From: Chara braunii
Taxonomy: Eukaryota > Plantae > Charophyceae
Assembly: GCA_003427395.1 (NCBI GenBank)
Contig: BFEA01000026.1
Location: 2,180,011-2,244,010, forward strand
DNA length: 64,000 nt
Reading direction: 5' to 3'
Part shown: one piece after another, positions 36,320 to 49,567 of the stretch
How positions within the stretch are numbered: the first letter of the stretch is position 1
How the letters are laid out: every line of letters starts with the position of its first letter
Position numbers and translations under genes: made by a program
The notes under the pieces: model-generated
Databases searched by the model: none
What the model was told of the DNA's origin: nothing
Seen by the model: only the letters and a program-made list of their open reading frames with translations

Positions 36320-39300
36320 GGGGGAGAGGACGCAGGTAGGACACATGTCGAATGATCGGATGAGCCGACCGGCTTCCCGACACCTCTGGCGCAAGCCGTA
36401 TCATGTTCACCCCACTAGGACCGAGCTCGACCACGCGGAATCGCTCGAAGAATCGTGGTGCTAACTTGCCTTGGCGAGCACATTTTCTCACCTGTACGAT
36501 GTCCTTTAATTTATATTGGGGCCGAGGCCCAGCGTTCCCATTCCGGGCCTCGTAGCTCCAGACCTGTCTCCCATGGGCTATTTCTGTCATTCGTTGTCTT
36601 TTTCGGGCCAATCGGGTGCAGGCTATTTGTCCGTAGTTGTTGGAAGGGGGTCAGACCCGTGGACTCGTGGGGGGTCCCCCGGTGGATAGCCAAAATATGG
36701 TCCACGATATCGGGTCAGGGGCTCGTGTCATTCGCCGCGATATTGCGTCGCATAGCGGTCTTAATCACTTGATTCGCGTTCTCTACCAGTCCGTTGGATT
36801 GCGACATGTGGGGAGCAGTGCTGCGGATGGAGACACCATGTAGGACTAGGCTCCTCAAAACTTCCCCTCTAAATTCTGCCCAATTGTCTGTCAGGATCTC
36901 CTCGGTGTCCTGGTGCATCCCGAGAAAACGGTTGACGTATCGCGCGATTTTGGCCGCCTGTTGCGTCTTACGTGGATATGCCTCGATCCATTTCGAAAAG
37001 GGGGCACGAAACCAAAAGGATTGAATACTCGCAGCTATTCGGTCAAGGGGGCACGAAAATCATATCGGTGGTATCTATGCTGACTCTTTGAAATGGTCGT
37101 TCAACCACGGTAGGGACTATCAATCTAGGCGGCTGGATCGGCGCCTTGTCAGCGGCGCAGACGAAGCAGTTTCGGACGATGAATTTAACGTCGTCCCGAA
37201 TATTGGACCAATACCATTCATTTTTATCAATCTCCGCCTCCATGATCCGGACGGCAAAATGAGCCGCAGTCTCCCCGTGGGCTGACTTAACCCAATCATA
37301 CCTTATGAACGGATGAGGGACAAACATCCAAATCCCGCTTCCGTCCGTTTTCCATTTTTCTAATTGTCCCTCATTCCATCGGTAATCCCAAGCCCTCTCA
37401 TTGGCCCGTCTTCGGTCTTCTTCGTGAAGTCTTGGAGGGAGTTCCCAACCACCGTAACTATCAGGACGACATCTGTCCAGACCTCAACTCCTTTAAACCG
37501 TCGGGTTTTTTCTAGCCCTTCAGATGTGGCTTCGAGAAATCGAGCTTCCGTCGGGATTTTATCGGTGCGACACAGGGGACAAAACCAGGGCTTGTCCGTA
37601 TTTCGGTACTGGATACGAGAACCATGGGCTCGGGAAACACATCGTTGACAATCTATCCACTCGACATAACCTTCCCCACTCGGCCGCATAGGGACCAAGT
37701 AGACTTTCAAAATTGCTTCACAAAAATAGCAAAATTTGTCAGGAAGGGAGGAGAAGGAGGACGACGAGAGAGGGGAAAGGGGACCTTCGAGATTACCTTT
37801 GCGCCCCATCGCCATCGTGCCGATCACCCCTTAGGAGCTCGAGGAAGGATGGCCACTTGTCCGTATCGTGGCCCGCTGACTAGTTTCAATTCTTTTCCAC
37901 GGAGTGATCTCTTCGCCTTTAGCCACTTTTGTCGGGCGGTGAAGTCGTGTCAGTCCGTCCGCGTTCCCGTGCCTCTCCGTTTTTCGATGGACGACGTCGA
38001 AATCGTATTCTTGCAGCCGTACCGCCCAGCGCCCAATCATGCCTGTGTAATTAGTGAGCCTCTTGAGAGCCAACAGGGGCTCGTGGTCCGTGACGAGGAG
38101 AAACTTTTGTCTGTACAAATACAGATGGAAGTGCTAAATTCCCCAAACCACTGCGTAGCATTCTCCTTGTGGAGCCGAATCTTTCTTCCTCTCGTCCGAC
38201 ACGGTACGAGACGCGTACTCGATGACGTGTTCGAGGCCGTCGTTCCCCTTCTGCGCTAGGATGGCAGAGATTGCCTTAGGCTGCCAATCTGTGATGAGTA
38301 GGAATTGCTTGGCTGGGTCCGGTCGAATCAAAATAGTTGCCGTAGCTAAGAGCGTTGAAGGCCCGTTCACACTCCGCGTCCCAGCTGAGGGGCTGGTCCT
38401 TCCGCAGTAAGTTCGTCAGGGGCCGTGCGATAATGGCAAAGCCCTTGATAAATCGACGATAGTACGAAGTCAGTCCCAGGAAGGGTCGAACTTGCGTTAA
38501 CGACGTGGGATTCGGGGCGTCCCGAACGGCCGCGACTTTTCTCGAATCGGGCCTCAAGCCTCCCCGAGTTACCATGTAGCCTAGGAATGAGATCTCAGAA
38601 AGTAAGAACTCACTTTTTTCCCGCCCAATCTTGAATCCAGTGTCCCGTAGGGCTCCCAGTGTCCACTGGATATGTTGCGCGTGCCCGTGGAACGATTCTG
38701 AGTAGACCAAGATATCGTCCATATACACAATGACGCAGAAATTGATCATCCCTTGAGTCAATCGGGTCTTGTTGACGAAATTTTGGAATGTTACATTCAT
38801 CGCTTTCTGAAACGTAGCCGACGCATTGCAGATCCCCATCGGGCATCGAACCCACTGCCAGGTGCCTTGAAACAGGACAAAAGTCGTCGTGGGCCGATCC
38901 TCCTCTTTAACTAGGATGTGATGGAACCCATGACGAATACCAAACTTACTAAAGTAATTAGCACACCCAATCGCATCAAGCAAATTGTCAATCCGGGGAA
39001 GGGGATACACATCCTTGATCGTGATATCATTCCATTTGCGATAATCGATGCAAATGCGAATCGACCCGTTTTTTTTCGGTACCAGAACTACGGGGAATGA
39101 CCACGGTCCCGTGGCTGGTTCAATCCATCCGTTAGTTTCGAATTCCCTAATCCTTTGTAAGGCTGTCTTTCGTTCCACGAGGGAATACCTGTACGGTTTG
39201 CAGTGGATCGGAGGATGATTTCCGGTCCGAATCTCATGCTGAAAGACAAATGATAGCCTGATTTGTGTCCGTCACACTGATCGCTCCTTGATATTGCCTT
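36320..39300 (-). pseudogene. pol of gypsy 2: RT, RNase H, PHD finger and integrase (disrupted)
   Basis: RT PWSFPVVLVPKKNGSIRICIDYR, YPLPRID, YMDDILVYS. RNase H ITDWQP, VTDHEPL, NADGLTR. Integrase AH..AHF...CFVC, VSIDT, LTDN, PHMSQSNGLVENAN, GKLAPRF. Confidence 0.93.
37570..37731 (-). other. PHD finger-like domain within pol
   Basis: CYFC-x20-WIDCQRC-x4-H-x2-R-x9-WFCPLC matches C4HC3 with one ligand changed (codon CGT, one transition from TGT). Confidence 0.8.
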
Positions 39301-39339
39301 AGAATTTCTGCGATTAGACGGTGAATCTCGTCAGCCAGT

Positions 39340-39718
39340 GTGTCCGAACCTCGATTCAACGGGGGTTTCCTGTTGAAAGGTTCAACGACCGTTGAACCCC
39401 CGTTACAACGCCGCGCTACACCGCGTCAGAACGGGGTATAACGCGGCCCGCAAACATTTTTTTCGCTGGCAAAAAATAAAAAAACAAAAAAATAAAAAAA
39501 TGGGGGTGTATATTTTTTTGCGCTCTACATCCTCATATTTTTATTTTTATTTTTTGAGCATTTAAATTATTTAAAATAAAAATAAAAAACCTAACCAGAC
39601 TCAAAGCACATCGATTTTTTTTTTTTTTTTGATTGATTGATTGGTTGATTGGTGGGGGATGGGTCCCCCCCCCCATCCCCACCCAATCACACACAACTCG
39701 CACACGCACACACACACA

Positions 39719-39761
<43 letters not shown>

Positions 39762-41870
39762 TTACTTGCGTGGTGCAAGGAACCTTACTGTTCTTCACTT
39801 GCTGGAGTGCATCGAATCACATGCATATACACTGGCTTCACAGATTGCGAAGTCTCACACAAAAACCCCAATAGAAGATGAATGAGAACCAGGAGGACCA
39901 TCTCAATTAACAAGGAACCAGGAGGACCATCTCAATTAACAAGATCAGAATTAGAGAGGAAACATCGTGAGTTCAAAGTATATAGCGCTGAACAGCGTTA
40001 CAAGTCTTCTTCTATTATCATTAGTTTCAAGCCTGGCGAATGTCAACAACAACGCTCAACAGGTAAGTGTCACCATAGCTCACACTTCCCCCTCTCTCAT
40101 CTGCTTTCTTCTCTCTCTCCCTCTATGTCTATAGTCCTGGTCTACCCTCACTCATCATGCATCCACACTCCCTATCACACGAGGATCTACTATGAATACT
40201 ACTCACTGGTATCTTGTATTGACTAGCCCTACTAACATACTAGCTAGTGCTGGCGCAGCTATGGCTGCCTTCCCTCTAGCCAACACTCTCTTCCTCCTTC
40301 CCGCATAGCGCTACTCTTCAGCCTAATGCAGCTCACACACATCTAGCGCACAAGTGCCACGACACTTCCACACTCTCATGCGAAGTGAGCATCTGTCCGC
40401 ATGGAAGGCTGCCCAGTCCTTTATAGTGCTGGACTAGTCTGGCGAGGCCTGCATTCAGCCTCAAGTGGGCCTGGGACTCCTGCCCAGTACCGATTGTTGC
40501 AAAGTGTGTGTCCCATTATCTTTTCCCATGGTCTGCTGCTATTTTGGGCCATCGGGCCTGTCTCTTGGAGTCCCGGTATGAATCAGGACTGACTCGTGGA
40601 ATTATGACTGGACTGGGATTGTAGCCTTTGACTTATTGACGAACAGACATGACTTTTCATCGAGGAGACATGACCCTAACTCAGTTTTGAAAATTGTGTC
40701 CAATACCTGTTCATTCAGGTCCTGTTTGTGACCTTTCAAAATGACTTTTCACTTCAATGTGGATGCCACATTTACCTAAGGAGCTTTGTCTTTTGAGTTG
40801 TTGTTCGTGAATTAAAGTTCTGGCCCACAGGGCCCCTTGCTGTTGGGGCATCCATTTGGGGTCTAATTCGTAAAGACCCTTTTAGCGGGGGTTTAAAACT
40901 GTTTTTTTTGTTGTTTTGTTTTTNNNNNNNNNNNNNNNNNNNNNNNNNNNNNNNNNNNNNNNNNNNNNNNNNNNNNNNNNNNNNNNNNNNNNNNNNNNNN
41001 NNNNNNNNNNNNNNNNNNNNNNNNNNNNNNNNNNNNNNNNNNNNNNNNNNNNNNNNNNNNNNNNNNNNNNNNNNNNNNNNNNNNNNNNNNNNNNNNNNNN
41101 NNNNNNNNNNNNNNNNNNNNNNNNNNNNNNNNNNNNNNNNNNNNNNNNNNNNNNNNNNNNNNNNNNNNNNNNNNNNNNNNNNNNNNNNNNNNNNNNNNNN
41201 NNNNNNNNNNNNNNNNNNNNNNNNNNNNNNNNNGTCGGCCATAGGCCCACTGGATAGAAGATTTTCAGTACTTTGCTTGCTGTTGTGCAATTATCTCATT
41301 GGGCGGAGCCCTCCTTCAATCACAGAGTGTATGGAGGGCGCCAGGATCACTGCTGAGAGAAGTTGATTTTATTCTAGAAAATGTGGCAGTTACTTTGTTC
41401 ATTGTTGTTGCAACCACCAGCATCAGATCATTTGGCTGGGGAAACAGTCAGCCGTAATTTCAGGTGGGAGTTTTTTTTTTTTTTTTTTTTTTTTTGCTAT
41501 CCTCCTGTTTTCTCAGGCCAAAAATTCGTAATGAATCGATAAGCCCGCTGCCACCCAGTGTTACATTGGATCGGCCATATTCCTATCCGACTGCTAATGG
41601 GACCATGTTCCTGGACTTTGTGGTTAGAGGTTAAAAAAAAAATAAAAAAAATAAAAAATCAACGGGATTTAACGGGATTTAACGGGATGATTTTTTTTTT
41701 TGCTCCACGCGTGTCCAACGATGTGTCCGAGGCCCAATGCGCCCTCCTCGTTGAACAGTATTCAACGGGGAGGGCCCGTTGTACTATTCAACAGGGAGTC
41801 AACGGGGCCCCGAGGGCTATTCAACGGGTACAACGACGTTGAAACTTTTCCGTTGCACGTTGAATAGACA
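39340..41870. mobile_element. Non-coding DNA-transposon-like insertion splitting gypsy 2 pol
   Basis: Both ends carry clustered TTCAACG/CGTTGAA repeats, with inverted termini CGATTCAACG / CGTTGAATAG. It contains the GACCC-CCCACCAATCAA motif (reverse strand, ~39630-39675) shared with the hAT-like elements. No clean TSD was found. Confidence 0.6.
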
Positions 41871-41879
41871 CATTGTCGT

Positions 41880-44460
41880 CGGGCACGTAATGTGGTACAT
41901 GCAACCCATAGAGTTGGCCTAGTATTTGAATGGTAATCTGTTTCGTGTTTCGTCAGTGTTTTCGAGACGGGGCGCGGAGATGAATGAATTGTCCGACCGT
42001 CAAGAAAACACCGTGGCCATCATTTGGGCCTCGTCCTCTCGGATTGCCACGTGTTCCTCCGGGGTTACGCCGTCGTCGACATCCTGGCATCGTACGTGTT
42101 TTTTCGCGATCCTGATCCCGAGATTGTGGTATCCTATGTCGAGACGCGTAGGGGGTTCCAAAGCCTCGGCCTCAACCTCTAGTCTCAACAGTCTTATTTC
42201 TTTCCCAGGAGGCAACAGGAAATGGGGTAGCTCTGTAATATCACAGAAAGCTCTCTTATCCCTATATCTCGCAAGCACTGGAGTGGTGCCGTCGTATAAG
42301 GTCCGAGAGGGTTCCAAAGAATCGACCATGCGGGAAATCTGCACAAGTGGTTCGCCCAAAATTAATGCGCGTGTTCTCTGGATGTGTCCTCCCGTGAGAT
42401 TGAACGTTTTCGTAGTTGCTTGTCGAATCGGATAGCGGATACGTTGCTGCACTAACTCCCGAATCGCTAAATCGTCTTCATCGCTAGCATCAGTGTCACT
42501 CGAGAGGTTTGGCTCCTCTATCCGGCGATCACCGCGTTCCGCAAATTCCTTCCAAGTGATCATTCGGAGAGTTCCTTCGGGCATCGGGGAAGTCTTATGG
42601 GTTATCTCCGCCACCGTTCTTAGAGTCAATCTCATAGGGATGGCGGATGGTTTCCCTCCCGTATTCCGGAGGACAATCGATCGTCTTTCAAAATCTCGGT
42701 TGGCCCGCAGCGCCGTGAGAGTGGGCAGCCCCAACAGAACGTCGTACGTACTTACATCTAATACCACGACATCCCCCAGTGCATGTAACTTTCCCAATCG
42801 AAAAGCAATGTTGGTCATTCATCCCACTGTCTTGATTTTCTCTTCATCCGTGGAGACGAGATGATCCTTTTCTGTTAGCATGATCATATATTTTCTTCTT
42901 CCCGCTCTTTCTACTTCCTTAGCGAGGTAGCCAAGACGCGACTCCTGAGTCGATAATGGCATTGTATGGGATTCCCCAGACCTCGATGTCATATTCGGCG
43001 GATTTCCACGGGATCGCTTTGATCCACAGAAAGTGATAATCTTTCTGTATTAGTCCCAATCGTATAGGGTCCGACGTACTGGCGAGGTTCGGGTTGTCCT
43101 CTTGGACATGGGCTTTTCCTTTCGTGTTCGCCGTTCTCGCAATGGGGAATCATTTTCTGTTCGCCTTGCAGTGTTGCAACATGCGCTCGTTAGCTTGTTC
43201 CGAGATGGATAACAGGTGTCCGATTGGGAGGGGAATGCGATGGTCCAGGGCGTGGACGACATTTAGGACGTCTATTTCCCCAGTGACAAAGGTGGGTCCT
43301 CCAGACTTCATCTCCCCTGGGGAGGGTCTCCATTCCGCCCCCTGTCGCTCCTCATTTGCGGGTCTGATAGTCTCGATCATTCCTAACCCCGGATATCCTA
43401 ATGCCACGTACTAGTCCAGAGGAATAAGTTATGTTGCTCCCTCAGTAGTAGCTAGCATACTCCCGCCTCCTTCCATTTCTTCCAACATCGCTCCTACTCT
43501 TCCTGGCCCATTAGCGATGGGTGCCGTGGCCACCGGTGCACCCTCCACTCGGGCTTGCGCAGGTCGATGGGCACAGTCTTGGGCTATGTGTCCTGTTGGT
43601 GACACGTATAGGAAACACTCGGGTTGCCTGCTGCTCCTCCTGTCGCCGGGATTGGAGCCAATCCGAGCTGTATCGGCGTGGCTCTTACGGCAATGGGACG
43701 CATCGATCTCATTAACGACTCTATCCTAGCGTTATGCTCGCGCTGCTCCTTTTTGCTTTCCTGTATCAAAGTAACTAACGTTTTAGTTAGTTCCAGTATC
43801 ACAGCAGATTCGTTCTATCATGTATGGCTTTCGGACGGGACTGGGGGAGCAGCCATCACAGGAATCGGTGGCCCTGTGATTGCGCCGAGAGCCGACCGTT
43901 TAGGTACAATTTGCTCCAAATAGGTGACAGGACCCGACACAAATCCCATGTTTTCGAATTTGTTTTGTAGCGCGGCAAGTTCCGCCTTAGCTCTGGTTAA
44001 TTCAGATAAATCTCCCTCCCTAGGATAGTCTTCTCCTTCCAGAAAGCTCGCGATGAATTTTTGTTCCATCTCTTCTGCGCCTGCCATGATTTGTTGCAGC
44101 ATGTGGTTAATGGGGGAGAACTGTTTTCGCAGTTTCACCCTCATTGTCTTATTGCGGAGCCCGTCAATAAACAAATCTCTCCCTACCTGCTCTCCCTGCT
44201 CAGTTTTGACAAACATTCAGTAAAACCAATTGCGATACCCAGTGACGGATTCAAGTGGTTTTTGCTTGGTCATAAAAAAAGCTTGTTCGGGATGAATATA
44301 ATCGAAAAGAGTTAAGGAGTCATGTTCGAACGTTGGAAGATTAGTCCAAACATAGGTGTTGAACCAATAATGCGCATCCCCTCTCAATCTGGCGTGGATA
44401 TTGATCCGCGCTTCGTCATTGTCGTATTGCTGCGCGTGGGGCGTGGCTAGCCATGCCCCA
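41880..44460 (-). pseudogene. gag and protease region of gypsy 2 (disrupted)
   Basis: Gag-like RLRGDAHYWF and LFIDGLRN, a zinc-knuckle remnant YTCHQQ.H.AQDC near 43570-43610, protease AIIDSG near 42945-42960, and YDVLLGLP. Confidence 0.8.
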
Positions 44461-44717
44461 CGAGGTGATGCGCAGGATCAAAGAGGTAGAGATTGGGCGG
44501 GGCCACAGGTGTCCGTGCCCGTGGTGGTGGTGCCTGATTGGGTTGGTTGGGATTTTGCTGATTGGCGTTTATATTGATTGCTTGTCGAGCGACCGACCTA
44601 CTTATGGTTACTACAGGGTCGTGTCGTGGCGCGTTCCACCGCCTAGGTCGTCCTTTGTTAGACAGATCGTTCTACGCTAACTCCCTTCTTGCTAATCCCG
44701 TGGGCTTGCCACGTATC

Positions 44718-44729
44718 GCTCTGATACCA
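44718..44729 (-). promoter_or_regulatory. Primer binding site (tRNA-iMet) of gypsy 2
   Basis: GCTCTGATACCA is the reverse complement of TGGTATCAGAGC and abuts LTR B. Confidence 0.92.
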
Positions 44730-46596
44730 ACCTCACGCCTAGCACGACTTTCTGTTCGGAGTAGGATGGGGGCCCGAAAATGCGAAAAGGGGTGTGCCAA
44801 GGATTTTAGGAAAGTGGGGGTGGAGTTCCAGGTCGGAACTGAGATTTCCTGTGACAAGTTTCGGGGGTAAAAGCACAAGAGGGTATGTTCAGGTCGTACT
44901 TGGCGCTTTAATTTTTATAAGAAGGAAGGTAGGCCTCCTCTCGTGGTTTGGGCACAGAAGGAAAACCGCGGATGTCATGTAGCATAAGACAAATGGCATG
45001 TGCGGTGCATCCCGGACTAAAGATCCTGGGGTACTCTTCCACAATCACAGCACCGACAGATCTAAACATTCTTGCATTCTCGAACAAAATCCTAACAACA
45101 TTGCCCTTGCCAACGAACTCAATTTTCGTCAACTTCCAAACCCAAAAAAGGAAATCACCATCTCCTCTGGTTTCGCCTTCGCAGTTGGTCACGTGGTTCG
45201 ACCGGTTGTCTGTGCCGCTCGGCTTCGGTTCGGGCTTGCCGAGCGATTTTCGAGGATCGATATGCCTGGTTCCGCCGACACTTCTTGCAAGGTTTGCGGG
45301 GCCAATAGCGGGCTATGGAATTCCATGACACCACCATGAGCTTGTGATATGGAAGGAGGAGGTGAAAGGGAGGGAAACATGTCTTAATAACGACGAAGCC
45401 GGGGGATATAAATATTGTGTGTTATAAGTATCCAGGTAATCGGGGCCTTTGGGATCGTTAGTTATGGCACAGTGAAAGTCCCTTGCGCACAATCGGTCGT
45501 TCTCTGTCGGACAGGGGAATTCTAGATTTATGAAGTTCCCCCGCCGTCTGAGTAGTTCATTTTTCCAGTATTCGCGATATTCCGGGTCCCTCAGGCTCTC
45601 ACGATCGGACATCCAAAAGGGAAACCCCGCAGCCATATCCGTTTAGTAAGCTCGGTCCCCTGCATCCTTATACAGGGTTAAGGCTGACTCGCATACAGGA
45701 GCGCGTACGTGGTGACTCGACTTTCTCGAGATTGCGGTCGTACGCGAGCTCACACGTGAGAAACAACGGATTCGTTCAGCGTACCGATCGCGTTCGACAT
45801 ACATGCAAATTTCCTACTCATGCTATGTTGGGTGAGATCCGGTCATTACATGCCATACATGTGACGAACAGGAGGAAAAAGGGGAAAGGACAATCAACTT
45901 CTTGGTGATCGAAAGTTAACGATTAAACTCAAACATCCATAAATTCCATAATTAAACCACCACTACCCCCGCCGTTGGAAAATAGGGCCTACCGGTAGCA
46001 GGTGAAGAAAGAAAAATCGTCGGCCTACCGGTAGCACAACCAACTACCGGGGAAACTTGAGAGGGCGAACTCCCGGGTACTGAGACTCGTTGTTTGTTTT
46101 GCAGACCACAACCCTACTCCTGGCGGCCGCCGCTGGGGGGTCACATGAGTTGTCTGCATCGCGCCAGAGTCGGGGGCGCTGGGGGTCGTATGAAATGCAA
46201 TGGCGTTTCAAACTTTTTTTTTTGTTTTTCTTATTCGTTCTGAAAAGCGGAGTTCGCCTAGGAAGCCGGGCGAGATCCCACTGGCAATGAGGACTCAAAT
46301 GAGTGTAAGAATCTGGATGTGTTTGAGGCGAGGTGCAGAAAACTGTGATTGATCTGCTTTTCTGCATCTCTGCGTGGAACACGTCCAGATTCTGACACTT
46401 GTTCCAATTGTCCTTCCCAGTGGGATCTGGGCCGGACTGGGCCTCGCCACAACACTCTCGACATGTGAGAGAGGCAAAAAAAAGAGCGGGTGCATGTGGA
46501 CATGGTCTTGGGAGAGGTTCTTTCTCCCGTTTTTTTTGCATACGATGAGTGGTGTGGCGTTGCCTGACGTGGCGNGTGCATCTGGANCTTTTACNG

Positions 46597-46677
<81 letters not shown>

Positions 46678-46818
46678 AGCANGTAANNGGNTGTTCGAAG
46701 GTGTGATGCACCCTTCTCNTATCGTTGTCAGAACGGGTGAATGACATGGCGTGTACATCGACGTCCGCAGGGATAGGCGGAGGGTGCCGGGGTTCACCGT
46801 GCGAGTTAGGTGCTGCAC

Positions 46819-46854
<36 letters not shown>

Positions 46855-48068
46855 GTATCTATCTACCTGTCTNNNNNNNNNNNNNNNNNNNNNNNNNNNN
46901 NNNNNNNNNNNNNNNNNNNNNNNNNNNNNNNNNNNNNNNNNNNNNNNNNNNNNNNNNNNNNNNNNNNNNNNNNNNNNNNNNNNNNNNNNNNNNNNNNNNN
47001 NNNNNNNNNNNNNNNNNNNNNNNNNNNNNNNNNNNNNNNNNNNNNNNNNNNNNNNNNNNNNNNNNNNNNNNNNNNNNNNNNNNNNNNNNNNNNNNNNNNN
47101 NNNNNNNNNNNNNNNNNNNNNNNNNNNNNNNNNNNNNNNNNNNNNNNNNNNNNNNNNNNNNNNNNNNNNNNNNNNNNNNNNNNNNNNNNNNNNNNNNNNN
47201 NNNNNNNNNNNNNNNNNNNNNNNNNNNNNNNNNNNNNNNNNNNNNNNNNNNNNNNNNNNNNNNNNNNNNNNNNNNNNNNNNNNNNNNNNNNNNNNNNNNN
47301 NNNNNNNNNNNNNNNNNNNNNNNNNNNNNNNNNNNNNNNNNNNNNNNNNNNNNNNNNNNNNNNNNNNNNNNNNNNNNNNNNNNNNNNNNNNNNNNNNNNN
47401 NNNNNNNNNNNNNNNNNNNNNNNNNNNNNNNNNNNNNNNNNNNNNNNNNNNNNNNNNNNNNNNNNNNNNNNNNNNNNNNNNNNNNNNNNNNNNNNNNNNN
47501 NNNNNNNNNNNNNNNNNNNNNNNNNNNNNNNNNNNNNNNNNNNNNNNNNNNNNNNNNNNNNNNNNNNNNNNNNNNNNNNNNNNNNNNNNNNNNNNNNNNN
47601 NNNNNNNNNNNNNNNNNNNNNNNNNNNNNNNNNNNNNNNNNNNNNNNNNNNNNNNNNNNNNNNNNNNNNNNNNNNNNNNNNNNNNNNNNNNNNNNNNNNN
47701 NNNNNNNNNNNNNNNNNNNNNNNNNNNNNNNNNNNNNNNNNNNNNNNNNNNNNNNNNNNNNNNNNNNNNNNNNNNNNNNNNNNNNNNNNNNNNNNNNNNN
47801 NNNNNNNNNNNNNNNNNNNNNNNNNNNNNNNNNNNAAAACTAAACTGAACAAAGTTTGCGTCAGGGTCACATCTAAATTCTTCACCAGATTTAAATTAAA
47901 AAATATAATTCTTATTTTTATTTTTTTCGCCTGCCCGGGGAAGTGACCCCGGGCCACTCTGGTATATTTCCATGTTCTTCCTGTAGATTCATTCGATTTT
48001 GCTCATCATATCGATGGAAGCACCATGAGACCAGCCGTGAGGTTGAGGACTCTCTCTCTCTCTCTCTT

Positions 48069-48121
<53 letters not shown>

Positions 48122-48287
48122 AAAAATACAAAAACTACAAAATACAAGTGTGGCAGTGTATATATCCATGTTCCAGCGGTAGATTCTTTCCATTTTGGTA
48201 ATCCTATCGGATGAACTACCATGAGGCCAACCGCGAGGCTGAACACTGACCTACTCTCTCTCTCTCTCACACACTCACACATACACA

Positions 48288-48321
<34 letters not shown>

Positions 48322-48511
48322 TAGGCACACACACACACAGAAGCACACACACTTACCTGCAAAGCGAAATTCGATGCCGTCAAAATGAGGGGCAAAGACA
48401 GGCGAGTATGCTGTTTTTCTCACGACGCGCCAAAGAGAGAACTTTGCAGACGTACTGCCTCCCGGCGTCAGATGTGCGTAGCCTCCCTGCCTCACATGTG
48501 TGCGGCGTGCA

Positions 48512-48590
<79 letters not shown>

Positions 48591-48635
48591 CGAAGCGGAC
48601 GTGTGTGCGCGGCAGAGAGACAGAGAGCTAGAGAC

Positions 48636-48697
<62 letters not shown>

Positions 48698-49478
48698 CGC
48701 TGAGTAGGGTGGCAACCCCAAGCAACACCTTTCGCCGCCGAAGGGCATTGCCACAACACTCGAAATGTGCAAAATGGGACTTAACTTCCCGCTAGAACAT
48801 GGCCAGATGCACCCGCCGTACTGGGCCTCATATTTCGAGAGTGTTGTGGCGAGGACCGGAATCCGGAGAACTGCACGCACTTCATGGTGCACGGTGAGAA
48901 ACACCGACAGTGGCCACCGCGATTTCACTGCTGACGGTTTCTCAGGTAAGACCTTTTTATTTTTTCATCTTCTTTTTTTTTTTCGAAATGGATCACTTGC
49001 TTCCCATGCGCGGGAGCCGACTTCTGTACCCGCCGACTTCTGTACATCGTCTCGTTCCCCCGCGGCGGCGGCCGACCCCACCTGTGATTTCTGTGATGGA
49101 CTCACCCATATACTAGCTAGGCCGCTAGCCCGGTACCCCGCCCGCCGAATGCCAGTCCCACCTTCTGGAAAAGGGAAAAAAGGCGCCTGTTGCCTGCCGG
49201 TCGCCGACCTTCGCGAAAAATTCTCCTCAAGGCCAGGAAAAGTGAATTTCTGTCGGCGGGGGTAGTGGTGGTTTAAACTCAAACATCCATAACGAGCGCT
49301 CTCAATCAGATCTGAGCGCAAGTAAATAGTAGCCAGAGATGAAGCAGGCATCTCAAAACAAGATTGGGAATCCGAAAAAATCACTAATTGAAAGGGAATT
49401 CACATTCATTTCATGCATATCAGGATCCAAAATTATACAGATGAACAAAGGAAAAAACCTCATCCCACGCCCACAACT

Positions 49479-49567
<89 letters not shown>

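Noticed and set aside
46725-47957. Long ORFs (>360 aa), and similar ORFs at the other gaps
   Set aside because: They consist of N-gap and microsatellite translations.
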